Source of the DNA: Ascidiella aspersa
Lineage: Eukaryota
Direction of reading: 5' to 3'
DNA: 64,000 nt
Assembly: GCA_963924565.1 (NCBI GenBank)
Contig: OZ004613.1
Coordinates: forward strand, 9,672,001 to 9,736,000
Shown here one piece after another: positions 52,101-61,443 of this stretch (positions within the stretch are counted from its first letter, which is position 1; each line of letters begins with the position of its first letter). A program made the position numbers and the translations under genes. Under the pieces are notes generated by a model. That model worked only from the letters and a program-made list of their open reading frames with translations, had not been told where the DNA came from and did not search any database.

Positions 52101-53732
52101 TAACAACAAAAATATTTTTTCTGGGCATTAGGTTTAACACAGTGTTTCTTAAAGTTATTTTATTTTATAAGCTCAAACACTTTTTTTCCTTCCTTTGAAA
52201 ACCACTGTTCAACACAAACAAACGCAAATGTATTTTAAATCGTCAACCCGGCTAGTGTTGGAAATCGTAAAACATTTCAAGCCACAAAAATTCCTCTCCC
52301 GATCCTAACCTCCTCTTCCTTTACTCTTCCAGCCAACAGCGATCGCGTCCTCGTCGTCTTCCTGGGATGCGTGTGTCTCGGTCTCTTCCTCACAGTCTGC
52401 ATGCTGGTGTGCAAGATCGAGGAGCGCAAGCTCTGCTCCGTCTTCACTGGAAGAAAGAAGGGGAACGGGTCCTCCGGGAAGAGCGCCTCGCAGGAGGACG
52501 AGTTGGCCAGCAACCGCACCGGCAACGAGACGACAGAGAGCCTCCTGAACCGCCAGTCGCACACCGGCTCTTCGGGGACAACACCCGCCAACCACAACCT
52601 CTTCGGGGCGCCGGGGAGCGGATCGGCGGGAACTGATGGCTCGAATTCCCGCGGAAACCCGGTCGACTTTATGAGGCACCTCGGCGCCGGGCAGAAGGGC
52701 AAGCAGCGGCGGCGGAGGCGAAACAGTCGCGTGCGCAAGCTCATGAACAAGTGGTGCACTTGCTGCTGCACCAACGCGCCCTGGCAACGCGAGCAGCGCT
52801 CCGACATAGACGACGACGACTACAACATTGCGCACCGCTCCACGTCGTTAAGCGACGACGACGTTCACAGCGGCGGCCTTGGCAGCGGGGGAAGGGGCTT
52901 CGAATCGCCGCCTCACGCGGTTTTCGCGTCGGCGTCGAGTCCCGATCGTTCGGTTGGCGGGGAGGAAGCGACGGTCGAGTCGGAGACGCGCTACAGCGCC
53001 TTTCCAACCGGATCGCTCAACGACGGCCTGCGCTTTGGCACCGACGACGGCAACACCAGCGAGTATGAGTACCAGGACAACGACGTCACGCCGCCCGCCG
53101 TTACCGAAACTTCGCCGGCGGTCCGTCCCACCACTCTGCATCCCAACTTCCACAAGTACTCTCCCGCAGCAGCAGCCGCTGTACAGACTAGCACGTTCGG
53201 TGGCACGCAGCTGAGCGGCATCAACCGCAACCCGTACATGCGCCAGCACATGCCCACTGTGCCGCGCCAGGGCTACAACCAACAGCAGCAGCAGCGTGCC
53301 TTAACGCAGCAGCCGCCGGTGCACCGCGAGCCGCCGCCCTTCCCAAAGACGTCGGCGTACGGCTACCAGCCGCGCACGCTACCCCACTTTGCCACACAAC
53401 AGCGCGTGCCGCTTACGAACCCTTACATGCAACAGCAGCAGAGGCAAGGCCACTTCGCCTACAACCAGCACCATACGCAGCAGCGCCACCCGGCGTCGTT
53501 CGCTCCCACTTTCAACGAACACTATGTGTCGCTGCAGCCCCAGCTTCGGCCTGGCGCCGGCGCTTCGCGGACTATGGGTTTAGGACCAGCCGAAGGCCGC
53601 TTAGAACGCCGTGACTCGTTCTACGACAACTCGTTGCCGCGGGACAGCCCCTTGTACGAGTACTACCAGCGCCAGGGCCAGGGCAGGCAGGAACTGCCCG
53701 GCACCAAGAACATCAATCAGTACTTCCAGTAA
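9982..53732 (+). CDS. EVA1C: EVA-1/EVA1C-like type I membrane protein (2 SUEL/Gal-lectin domains, S/T-rich stalk, TM, long tail). 5' exons lie upstream of the window. Exons: 9982-10105, 10817-10954, 15795-15920, 32891-33040, 33724-33879, 51536-51868, 52333-53732 (808 aa in window)
   Basis: All junctions are AG/GT and phase-consistent. KTAADCHGKRYCGLLVHHRVFGDDPCPGTTKYLTVNYKC is a SUEL C-terminal half; YAC|IPRRILT resembles EVA1C YACVPKNILT; SYIT|ANSDRVLVVFLGCVCLGLFLTVCMLV resembles the EVA1 TM signature AYIRAHPERAALLFVSSVCIGL (recalled, not aligned). Confidence 0.88.
10817..10954 (+). CDS. EVA1C: EVA1C-like exon: N-terminal half of SUEL domain 2
   Basis: cttag|TG CCG...GCA A|gtaagt; PDEFKKRDTCDEKTMVVRC. 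Confidence 0.9.
12938..13486. repeat. Diverged tandem duplication, 2 units of ~270 bp
   Basis: Both units run ttttgac.tgt.tgtgtggcttatt.tcat.cccac ... taataaacccgg.atctgggcttgtcccatttc. Confidence 0.8.
15795..15920 (+). CDS. EVA1C: EVA1C-like exon: C-terminal half of SUEL domain 2
   Basis: cccacag|AT TGC...TGC A|gtaagt; CSLSSSSALDKVTKLCHKRQRC...HLDYAC. Confidence 0.9.
27586..27836. repeat. Diverged tandem duplication, 2 units of ~138 bp
   Basis: cggcgc..ttttgacc.tgtcttga...gggaaaatt...ccgcttttt...ttttaccaa.ttt..gtgttt occurs twice. Confidence 0.7.
32620..32860. repeat. Family B foldback copy
   Basis: gaagtaggtaacattttgaacgtttcgaatatc ... tacctacttctgtatgggcttcgatattcttactac. Confidence 0.7.
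32891..33040 (+). CDS. EVA1C: EVA1C-like exon: start of stalk
   Basis: gcgcag|TT CCT...GAA A|gtaagc; IPRRILTD then S/T-rich sequence. Confidence 0.85.
33140..33277. repeat. Family B foldback copy
   Basis: gtagtaagaatatcaaagcc ... gtatgggctttgatattcttacta. Confidence 0.7.
33724..33879 (+). CDS. EVA1C: EVA1C-like exon: Thr-rich mucin-like stalk
   Basis: catag|TT CGC...AAA G|gttggt; PPTPSTTLLTSSTTTATTTTTPTT; phase 1-1. Confidence 0.75.
35524..49272 (-). CDS. Nested antisense gene: uncharacterised single-pass type I membrane protein with TSP1-like Cys-rich ectodomain (~943 aa). Exons in transcript order: 49272-49142, 48385-48232, 45857-45724, 45249-45079, 43988(or 44048)-43845, 43289-43267 (tentative microexon), 43122-42914, 42532-42442, 42076-41879, 41087-40714, 39951-39838, 38363-38249, 37043-36714, 36167-35524
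   Basis: Signal peptide MEFVRLALLLLILDTALG; TSP1 signature CDGNWGSWGAYGACNATCYRKRERGC; second W-box DWKEWGGW...RYREQWC; TM WLIALLFVLVLLITIICFCIYW followed by RRSNRRRRRKKK. Canonical GT-AG junctions with consistent phases; the 45079 to 43122 connection is the least certain part. Confidence 0.85.
37945..38200. repeat. Dispersed repeat family C, two inverted copies
   Basis: aaaggtcgagtaga...catcttgattaagacgtttc and its reverse complement; same block at ~18090-18216 and ~57540-57625. Confidence 0.7.
39584..39657 (-). pseudogene. tRNA-derived element (tRNA pseudogene or SINE head)
   Basis: Minus strand GCCTGTGTAGCTCAGTTGGCGGAGC...GTGAGTTCGAACCC: A box and B box present and the D stem pairs, but acceptor and T stems are broken; T6 tract just downstream. 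Confidence 0.7.
43158..43246. repeat. Short tandem repeat (tctgggactggtttatttattta)n
   Basis: About four to five progressively degenerate units visible. Confidence 0.75.
44763..45018. mobile_element. Foldback/palindromic MITE family B (most complete copy)
   Basis: ccgctctg...gtagtaagaat...catacagaag...cattttgaacgt mirrored by acgttcaaaatg...gtatgggc...attctt...actac...cagagcgg. Other arms/copies at ~14848-14930, 20575-20622, 28085-28195, 32620-32860, 33140-33277, 37135-37270, 48590-48750, 50695-50852. Confidence 0.8.
51536..51868 (+). CDS. EVA1C: EVA1C-like exon: membrane-proximal stalk
   Basis: tttgcag|AC GCC...ACT G|gtaggt; ends VLRSFMAISSYIT. Confidence 0.85.
51911..52030 (+). mobile_element. 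MITE family A partial copy
   Basis: taggggatttgcgataatatcggttcggagccga...gatgccaag...tactcgtccgat...gtatcggtgccgatccga. Confidence 0.65.
52333..53732 (+). CDS. EVA1C: EVA1C-like last exon: TM helix and cytoplasmic tail
   Basis: cttccag|CC AAC AGC; in frame with the 453-aa ORF 52371-53732; TAA stop. Confidence 0.92.
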
Positions 53733-56438
53733 ATGGAATGGGGCCGATTGACGAGCGAAGAAATTCCACATTTTGTCCTCTTCGGAGGTTTTCTTCTTAT
53801 TATTATTATCATTCGCGAATATAAGTGTAAAAGAGTCGCTTCTTTCGTTGTATTTTTTGTTATTTTGATTTCAATTTTTTATTATCCCTTTTTTCGTGAG
53901 CATCATCGTGAAATTCATTTGCTGTTTTTCTATTTTTTTAGTTTCCATTTTTATTCCCTCCACGTAATTTATACTTGCGTTGAAAGGGCAACGACCATTC
54001 CCGAGTTTACACAACTTATAGCCCGGTCTTGCGAACGTCTAAGCGCTCATTCGCTGGAGAGAAAAACCTTAATTTAAATTTGATTTCACCCTTTTTGTCG
54101 CGTTTCTCTAAAAAAAACCTGCAATTATATATAAACAGTAACGTAACACAATTAAAAAGCAACGACAACAAATTTTGGCCATATGCGAGGGGTGAAATCC
54201 ACTTTAATATTGGCCAAGAAAATTTTATAAGCTTCAATGCAAAACACTTATAATTAGCTGAGGAGTGTCTGGCAATAAATTTGTTAACAAACTAATAAAA
54301 AAGGAAACAAATTGTCTAGCGAAATTCGCGAACAAACGAGTTTCGATTCGATCCTCTAGTGCTAAACACCTCAAACACGTTAGAACAATTTTCTTCCGCG
54401 CGCCGAAAAAACGCAGAACCGTGTTATTTGTGCCAGTATATAGTGTCACTTGCTGCTTTCCCGGCACAGCAATCGCGCCTTTGTCAGTCGAACACATCCG
54501 TAGTTGTTTCAGGGCCAGCCTTTTTTTATGTATTTTTCTGTGTTTTTTTCTTACGCTTGCTACACGACCCGCGGAACATCGTTTTTTTGCAAATTTTCAG
54601 TGTTCTCGTTTAATGGTAGAAATACACAGTGTAAAGCTTTCACACGCGACCATTTAGGACCAACTTGATTGCTACTAATTTTTCCCAATAGTCTCCACCA
54701 TTCATCAAAATGCATCATAGTTTATTTCTATCCAAATTGCAATGTAAAAAGTACGATCTTCTAAGTTTATCAAAAAGCAATAATGCGCAATTCGTTACCA
54801 TTATTAGCCTAAAAAGTTTATAACGTGTAAGCTTGTTTTGCCCCGATTACTAAAACTTGCAACGCATAATACAGGCTTTATAGTTCCGCGTAAGGTGTAT
54901 ACTGTATAGTCCTATTCGAAACAAATTGACTGTGCTTTTTTCCCTTTGAAAGGTCGACAAACGCTGCCTTGCCCTACACAAGCTGTTACGCTTAGTTTTC
55001 TTTGCCACGCTGAAGCATCGTCAAGGTTTAGGCATCAACTGCCGTCCAAAGAAAGAGATGTATTTTTCCACTAAAGTCATTCCCACCGAAAACGGTTTTC
55101 GTCCCCATTCCGATTTCACAACACGCTGACATTTGTCGAATTAGACCCGGCCGTGTTTTTATATCAAGGTGTTTCTCCGCTTCCATACCTTTTTGTTGTT
55201 AATTTGTTTCTTTCTGTTTTATTTTTCCTCGTTTATTGCGCAGTGTGCAGTAAAAAGTTGAACGATTCAATACAGGTTTACTTTCAGTGAGACTTAAGTG
55301 ATGCTTTTTTTGAAATTCATGTTCCGCTACTCCTTTAAGTCCACAGAGATGTCGGAATAAGAAGGATGTTTTTAGTTTTGCTAATTATTCTCAAAAAGCA
55401 GAAATAATGGTACAGTTGGACCATATATGAGTTTTTTGCCTAATAACGATGAGTTTTTTCTCACTTTAACTAAAGAGAAGAGATTGTTCTATTTTTTTTA
55501 CGGTAGCGCACTCTTAAACAGTTGGAGAAACGATGGTACCCAATCTTATGGATTTTTCTGCAAGTTAACGTGAAGTTTTTCTTTCTCAGGAGAAAATGCT
55601 GTTATGTTTTTCTGACTGTACCGGGTTGCTGGACATCTTGCAGTACGTAACTTTATTGCTTACACATTGGCATTGTTCGTACACGATTTATGGACGATAA
55701 GAATATTCGACTCATTTGGTTTGTCCATTGACATTACTGGCGATAAAGTTATGTAGAATGGAACACCATTGTATTACACACAATTAACCGCCCTTACTTA
55801 ACATAGGTTGCATGCAAAATTTAACATTTGTTAGAGAAACACAAAAGGTACGACAGTGTTGTATTATTCTAATGGGAGAACAAAACAAATATTGCAAAGG
55901 ATTAATGAATGACACAGTAGAATGATAATTGCGTTTAATCGGCACTATTGGTAGTTAGTAGTTGTTTGCATATGTCAATTTGCTGCATTGCACAAGCGAA
56001 GAAAGTCATGTGGAAATGAAAATGTTGCATATTTCATGTTCACAATTTGGACAAATTATGCACATGGTCGACATAGAGACAGCTACGTCCAAAATCGAGA
56101 GCATTATAAAATTATGATCTTATGATTGTCGTACAACCCATTTGATATATATCGCGGGACAGACCAACGGTAATTTTCACCGGATTTGCCTAAAACACCA
56201 AATTTACACCAATTATGTTCGGATATGACACTTATCAAAAATATAATAAAAAAGTGGCAGAATAAAAAAAATATTCCGAGTCAAAACAAAAATAGTGAGA
56301 ATTTTTTCTTAGGCTACCTTTGCTGACAACAATAAGGAAATTCCTTCTAGTTAACAATTTTTTACCAACATTTTCCGCTCCTCTTAAGTCAAATTACCCG
56401 AGCACCTGCCAACTTTAAACTGGAGACAGTTAAGTAAA

Positions 56439-59108
56439 TCAGGAAGATCCTCTGAGAGCGTTTATTTTCTCCATGAAGCTCTTCACTCTTCCGGCGTCAA
56501 CGTCTCTCTTCCACGATCCTTGCTCCTTGAAGTGGGATCCGATCACCATGGCGGAGGAGCCAAGAAAGTCCGACACGTTGTCCTCCGTGATTCCCGATCC
56601 CACCAAGACAGGGAGGTCGACTTGTCCCTGGACTTCTGTTATCGAGATTAAAAATCTTGAGTTTGAATTCCATTTATCGATTCTGAAATCGTATATCGGT
56701 TGTCAGTAAATAACTAGAAGCGTATATGTATGTATAAAAGGGCGTATCTTTATGGAATCCAAAATCATTCGCAACAGGTTTCTGCTTGTCGATCACTGTT
56801 CCGCTGACGCGTATATAAACAAATAAATTAAAACTTAAAGTTTGAAAACCAGGATCATAATTTATTATTATTTAGCGATGTATATGTATTTTACTTTACT
56901 TTTAGTATTTATAGGCGAAATATATATCCTGCCCCGCTTGAATCATTCGGTGAGTTTGCGATGGCTTTCGGTGTACTATTTTGCTATAGGATTTATTGTA
57001 CAGTAGGAGGCTCCCACCTCTGGGTTGAGCTTCGTCCGGCGCCACTCCGGTCTCGGATCCCGTGATGATAACGCCATCCGAGAGGAAGAACTCGGCAGCA
57101 CGGGCCGCCTCCGAAAGCGTGACGTCACTTGTTACCGCGTGCGAGCTGCGAGCACAACCGGGTTGAAAATAGTGGGATGGCTGCTTTGTAAGGTTAAGCA
57201 ATACGTGCCGATTTTGTGAAGTCAAAACTCGATTGTCACAGTCGGCGCTTAAGTTTGTATTTATTTAGGTGACTTTTAGAACAGAAATTAAATTCATTAT
57301 GGCATGAGCTAATTTTCCTAGGTAATCACCACAAAATGTTTTTTTGCATTTACTATATCACTTCAAGACTAAATCTCCTTAGCTTTAAAAATCAATATAA
57401 TGTTACAAAAAATAATTTGCTTGTGTGGTACACATGTAAAAATCACACGCAGACGAGAAACATGATGTAAAATTGCTTTGAAAAAGATAAGCCCAGCCCA
57501 AAAGGGTCATATAAGCATATATTAGCAGTTGCCTTGAAGTATGCTCAATAATGAATTGCAAAGCCAAGAAAGTCGAGTAGGTAATTTCGACACAAACTTG
57601 TGTCATCTTCAGTTAAATGTGACTTAATGTAACTCAAAGCATAACTTATAAAAGGTTGGACACAATTTTTATCACTCTAAGTTTTTATAGTCGGAGCCTT
57701 TTCTTTGCTGACCTATGCTTTTTCTTTATATCAGTGAACACCAGAATATCTTCGGCATGAATGGTTTTTCTGTAACGCAGTAGTGAACCGGCAGATGAGT
57801 CAATCCAACCCTCATCTCCCACATGAGAGAAAACGAAACCTTCGGCTCGAATAAAGTTCAGACCTGTATTGGTTAAAAAAATCTTTGACAAATAACCAAA
57901 TATAATTCAATTGACAATATTAATTCAACTGGATTGCATCTGCAAGAAAGTTATAAAAACTAATATCTGTTAGCAGTGTTGTAATGATTTAATTTAGTGA
58001 CTTGACTTACATGTTATTAATATAATGCTTTAAAAAAATGGAGTCTTTCGGTAAAATAGCAAGAGTTGACTTAAGTTATTGAGTCAAATGACCTGGGTTG
58101 AAATTAAGTCTTTCAATTAACTTTTTTGTATAAATCGGGTTTTTGTCTTTGTTTTTGCACACATGTTTTTTTTTGTTTTTTTGCAATATGTCTGGTCATT
58201 TTTAGTTAAGTTATTGCTAATAATGGGACCAATTATAATAGTTCAACGTTTATTCTTTATATAAATGACTTGACTTGGAGTCGACTTGCTCTTAAAATGA
58301 CTTAACTGGGACCTGACTTGGGCAACTGACAACTTGACTGGGGTTCAAATTGACTTTTTAAATCTACTGTCTATTAGACTACACAGTAACTAAGTCAAAA
58401 TCGTTGGTTCACCAAAATGTTTTAAAACACTTCTGTGTTAAAATTCTACCTGTACACTTGGCCACAGCAAGGGCTTCCCTGTTTGCACAAGTGAGAATCT
58501 GAATTCCCAGAGGCACATCAGTAAATTTTTGTCGCAAACTGGTTGCCACACTTGCCATGCTCGCCACCACCTCTGGCCCCATTTCATGGTTCTTAAGATA
58601 AGGAACATCATGCATGTTCTCTATCATTACAGCATCCTGCAAAAATTCACATACACAATGTCATAGTTTAAAGGTCTGTTTGTTTGTTGTTAGATTTTCT
58701 TTTGTTTTTGTGTCAAGATCACTTTTTATTATCTGGGTAATAATCACATTTGAATTGTTATTTCAACTAGGATGAGATAGAGAGAAATAAGATTGTTATT
58801 TAATATAGTAACCCTCTGTAGAGGCAAAGGAGCATATACTGTTCAAATAGAAATAAATCACAAACCACTCCTTGATCAAGGTAAATTTCTGCCTCTTTTA
58901 ATGCCTTATTTCTAATGGTTTCCAGTGGCAATACATTCATTGGTGAACCTACGAAAAGAGGCAACATTCAATTTGTTAGGTATGATATAGAATTTATTGA
59001 AACAAATTATTCAAAAATGTATTTACCTGGCAGGGCTTGTAGATGAACCATGGCTATAATGTTGGCCTTGGCTCTTTTAAAAAGATTTAAAAACTTTAGT
59101 TGTGACAT
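56439..59108 (-). CDS. BtpA/SgcQ-family TIM-barrel protein (C. elegans F13E9.13-like), 275 aa. Exons 59108-59027, 58948-58866, 58636-58450, 57863-57713, 57145-57018, 56635-56439
   Basis: Motifs IIAMVHLQALPG, DAVMIENMHDVPY, FIRAEGFVFSHVGDEG, DIKKKHSSHA, DGVIITGSETG, PVLVGSGIT; phase-consistent splicing. Confidence 0.92.
57974..58386. mobile_element. Decayed MITE with GACTTGACTT internal repeats
   Basis: Starts cagtgttgt and carries multiple gacttga motifs; a related copy at ~23178-23320 ends acaacactg. Confidence 0.5.
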
Positions 59109-59672
59109 CACTACACATAAAAACAGCACTAAATCTAAAATCATAAAACTAAAACGTTGTATTATGTACAAAAATTAGAACTAGGCCATATTGAAAAAAA
59201 AATAAAATTTTTTTGAGACAAATTAAAAGCAATAAGATACTTATATATGATTATAAAAGATTAAAAACAACATAGCCTCCAGATATGGGGATCGTAAATA
59301 ATTTTAGGGTCGCCAATACGCCTTCAAGTCTTTCGATGTGCAAATTTTAAATATATATGCAAGACAAAATCCCCAACTAAGGCAAATATGTGCAGAAGCA
59401 AATAAAGTATGTTCTGTTTATCATTGTCAAAAATAAAAGGTCACAGAATTATTTTATAAATCAAAAAAGTTTGAAAAGTACATAACTCTTATAGGGTTCC
59501 AACATACATTTGCTAGACCAAAAACAGTAAATATGGAAACAAAAAATTCAAACAGAGTCAGAATTTCATAAATACAATAGAATTATTATAATACAAAATA
59601 TTCAAATAATAAAAAAAGGAGATTAAACTATACAAGTATATTATTATAAAACACAAACTTGTTTTTCTAGAA

Positions 59673-60149
59673 CAGGGGTCGGCAACCTTTTTTCTATTCG
59701 CGGGCCAAAACCAAACTGAGAAAGGTCTATGCAGGCCGCACAAAATTTATACTAAGTTATTAAAATGTTAGAACAACTGTAAATCAGGCGGGCCCGGGTG
59801 TTTTTTGCACTTAAAAGCATGTTTAAAATTACATTTAAGGAGATAGTAAAGTGTTGACGCAAAGTGTGAAAAAAGCATTTGTTTGGTTTAAAATTCGAGT
59901 TCACATGTTGTCATCCATACTAGTAATAAAAAGTGCAATAAAACTACTTCGAGGGAACGCAATAACATTTCAAGTTAATCTAGGCCAGTGTTTGTTAACC
60001 TTTTGAAGTCAGGGCACACCAGCGCGAAGCGCAAAGAATTTTCGAACTTACGTAGTTAAAATGTATGTGAAATTGATTCGCATCTAATTTGACTTAGAGG
60101 CGGCGGGCCGGATGAATTGCATCGACGGGCCGTAGGTTGCCCACCCCTG
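59673..60149. mobile_element. Non-autonomous hAT (Charlie/Buster-type) MITE, 477 bp
   Basis: TIRs caggggtcggcaacct / aggttgcccacccctg (15/16 match); 8-bp TSD ttctagaa / ttctataa fits nTCTAGAn. Confidence 0.85.
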
Positions 60150-60273
60150 TTCTATAAATTCCGCCTTGAAATTACTCTTTTATTTTGCCCAATCTAAAAT
60201 TTAGTAATTAGTCTTGTCCTAGGGACCCACAAAGCAAAAAGTCATAACAACACTATAACAAAACACACAAACT

Positions 60274-61071
60274 TTACAAGTCATTATTCCATGGGGGCCT
60301 TTTTGAGATGGCCTTTTGCCTTGGTCTTCCGGCCGAACCTTTTGGGTATCTCATGGGTTGCGTTGGCAGTTGGTGGTGTGACGACGACGACGGCTGTTCA
60401 AGGAATTCTCGGGAAGGCGCACCTATACCGCTGTCATCCAAACGCATGTAACCGTCAATCAGCGAGCTCATTCCTGTTAATCCTCCCATTGCCGCGAACA
60501 GCGGCTCTTCTCTCGCGACCGGGTGACCACGTGTTAATCGTTCGTCGCGAGTTTCTATGATTAGAGTGTGGGCGGCAGACAGCTCGCTACAACCGCAACG
60601 AAACGAGGTTTGAAATCCGGCGCACTTGCAGCCAGCGTTCCGGCAGGCGTGGGGCGATTTACCGCGGTGATCCGGCGTCATATGCTTGCAGTGACAACGC
60701 AGAGCCTGGTTGCCGTTTTTCGGCACGTAGTGGAAACCGGAACAGTCGCACCCGGCTACCTTGCATTTAAGAGCAGACGGACCGCTGACCGGCGCGTCGA
60801 AATCAGTTTTGTGCTGCTTGTAGCGGTGCTGACACATGCACTGCGTTTCGGGACCGACCAGCTTGCAGTCGACGCCCCGCGAGTTCGTCCAGCTCACGTA
60901 AAGCCTGTTTTTTTGCCGCATCGGAAGCACGGTTTTCTTGTAGTTCTCGTACTCTTCCGGGGTGAAGAGTCTCCCGTTGTCGTCGTCGCCTACGATGCTG
61001 CGGTACTCGAAGTAGGCGTCGACGGCCGAAGCCGCGCTTCTGTCGAGCTTCAGGTGAACACGCTCGTCCAT
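60274..61071 (-). CDS. FAM221A: Protein FAM221A, single exon, 265 aa
   Basis: AVDAYFEYRSIVGDDDNGRLFTPEEYENYK...DCKLVGPETQCMCQHRYKQHKTD closely resembles the recalled FAM221A N-terminus; Cys/His-rich core. Confidence 0.93.
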   Translation of the reverse strand: MDERVHLKLDRSAASAVDAYFEYRSIVGDDDNGRLFTPEEYENYKKTVLPMRQKNRLYVSWTNSRGVDCKLVGPETQCMCQHRYKQHKTDFDAPVSGPSALKCKVAGCDCSGFHYVPKNGNQALRCHCKHMTPDHRGKSPHACRNAGCKCAGFQTSFRCGCSELSAAHTLIIETRDERLTRGHPVAREEPLFAAMGGLTGMSSLIDGYMRLDDSGIGAPSREFLEQPSSSSHHQLPTQPMRYPKGSAGRPRQKAISKRPPWNNDL

Positions 61072-61443
61072 ATTTGCTTATTTAAAGTTAATTTTGCTAT
61101 GAACTCGTTTTTAAACTTTTAAAATTCGCCAGGATTATTTTTAGGTGTTTTCCCCGCGACCATGGCGATAAAACTGGTAATCGGCCTTGCAATATTTATT
61201 TTAAGGGGCAGTTTTTATGTTCACAGAAATTAAACAAAAAATAGCAATAGATTGATATTAACTTAAATGGTTTAAATACATACAATATTTTAAACAATAT
61301 CATATTCTAACGAACACTGATAAAGTAATACTTAGTGAATAATGTTTTAAGTCGCCATGTGTTGTTCGTTAGTCGTGATTCAGGGGTTTTTGAGTCAAGT
61401 TTGTTTTAGGTGAAAATTGTGAAACTACGTAATTTTATTCAAT
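61072..61443. promoter_or_regulatory. Probable bidirectional promoter between FAM221A and PSMG1
   Basis: Divergent ATGs only 372 bp apart. Confidence 0.65.

Noticed and set aside
52277-53282. Several long ORFs overlapping the EVA1C last exon on both strands
   Set aside because: Shadow ORFs of GC-rich coding sequence with no independent protein features.
53733-54077. 114-aa hydrophobic ORF starting in frame immediately after the EVA1C stop (readthrough candidate)
   Set aside because: TAA-A is a poor readthrough context, and the F/I/L richness simply reflects T-rich 3' UTR sequence.
60291-61122. Plus-strand ORFs antisense to FAM221A
   Set aside because: Antisense shadows caused by high GC3 codon usage.
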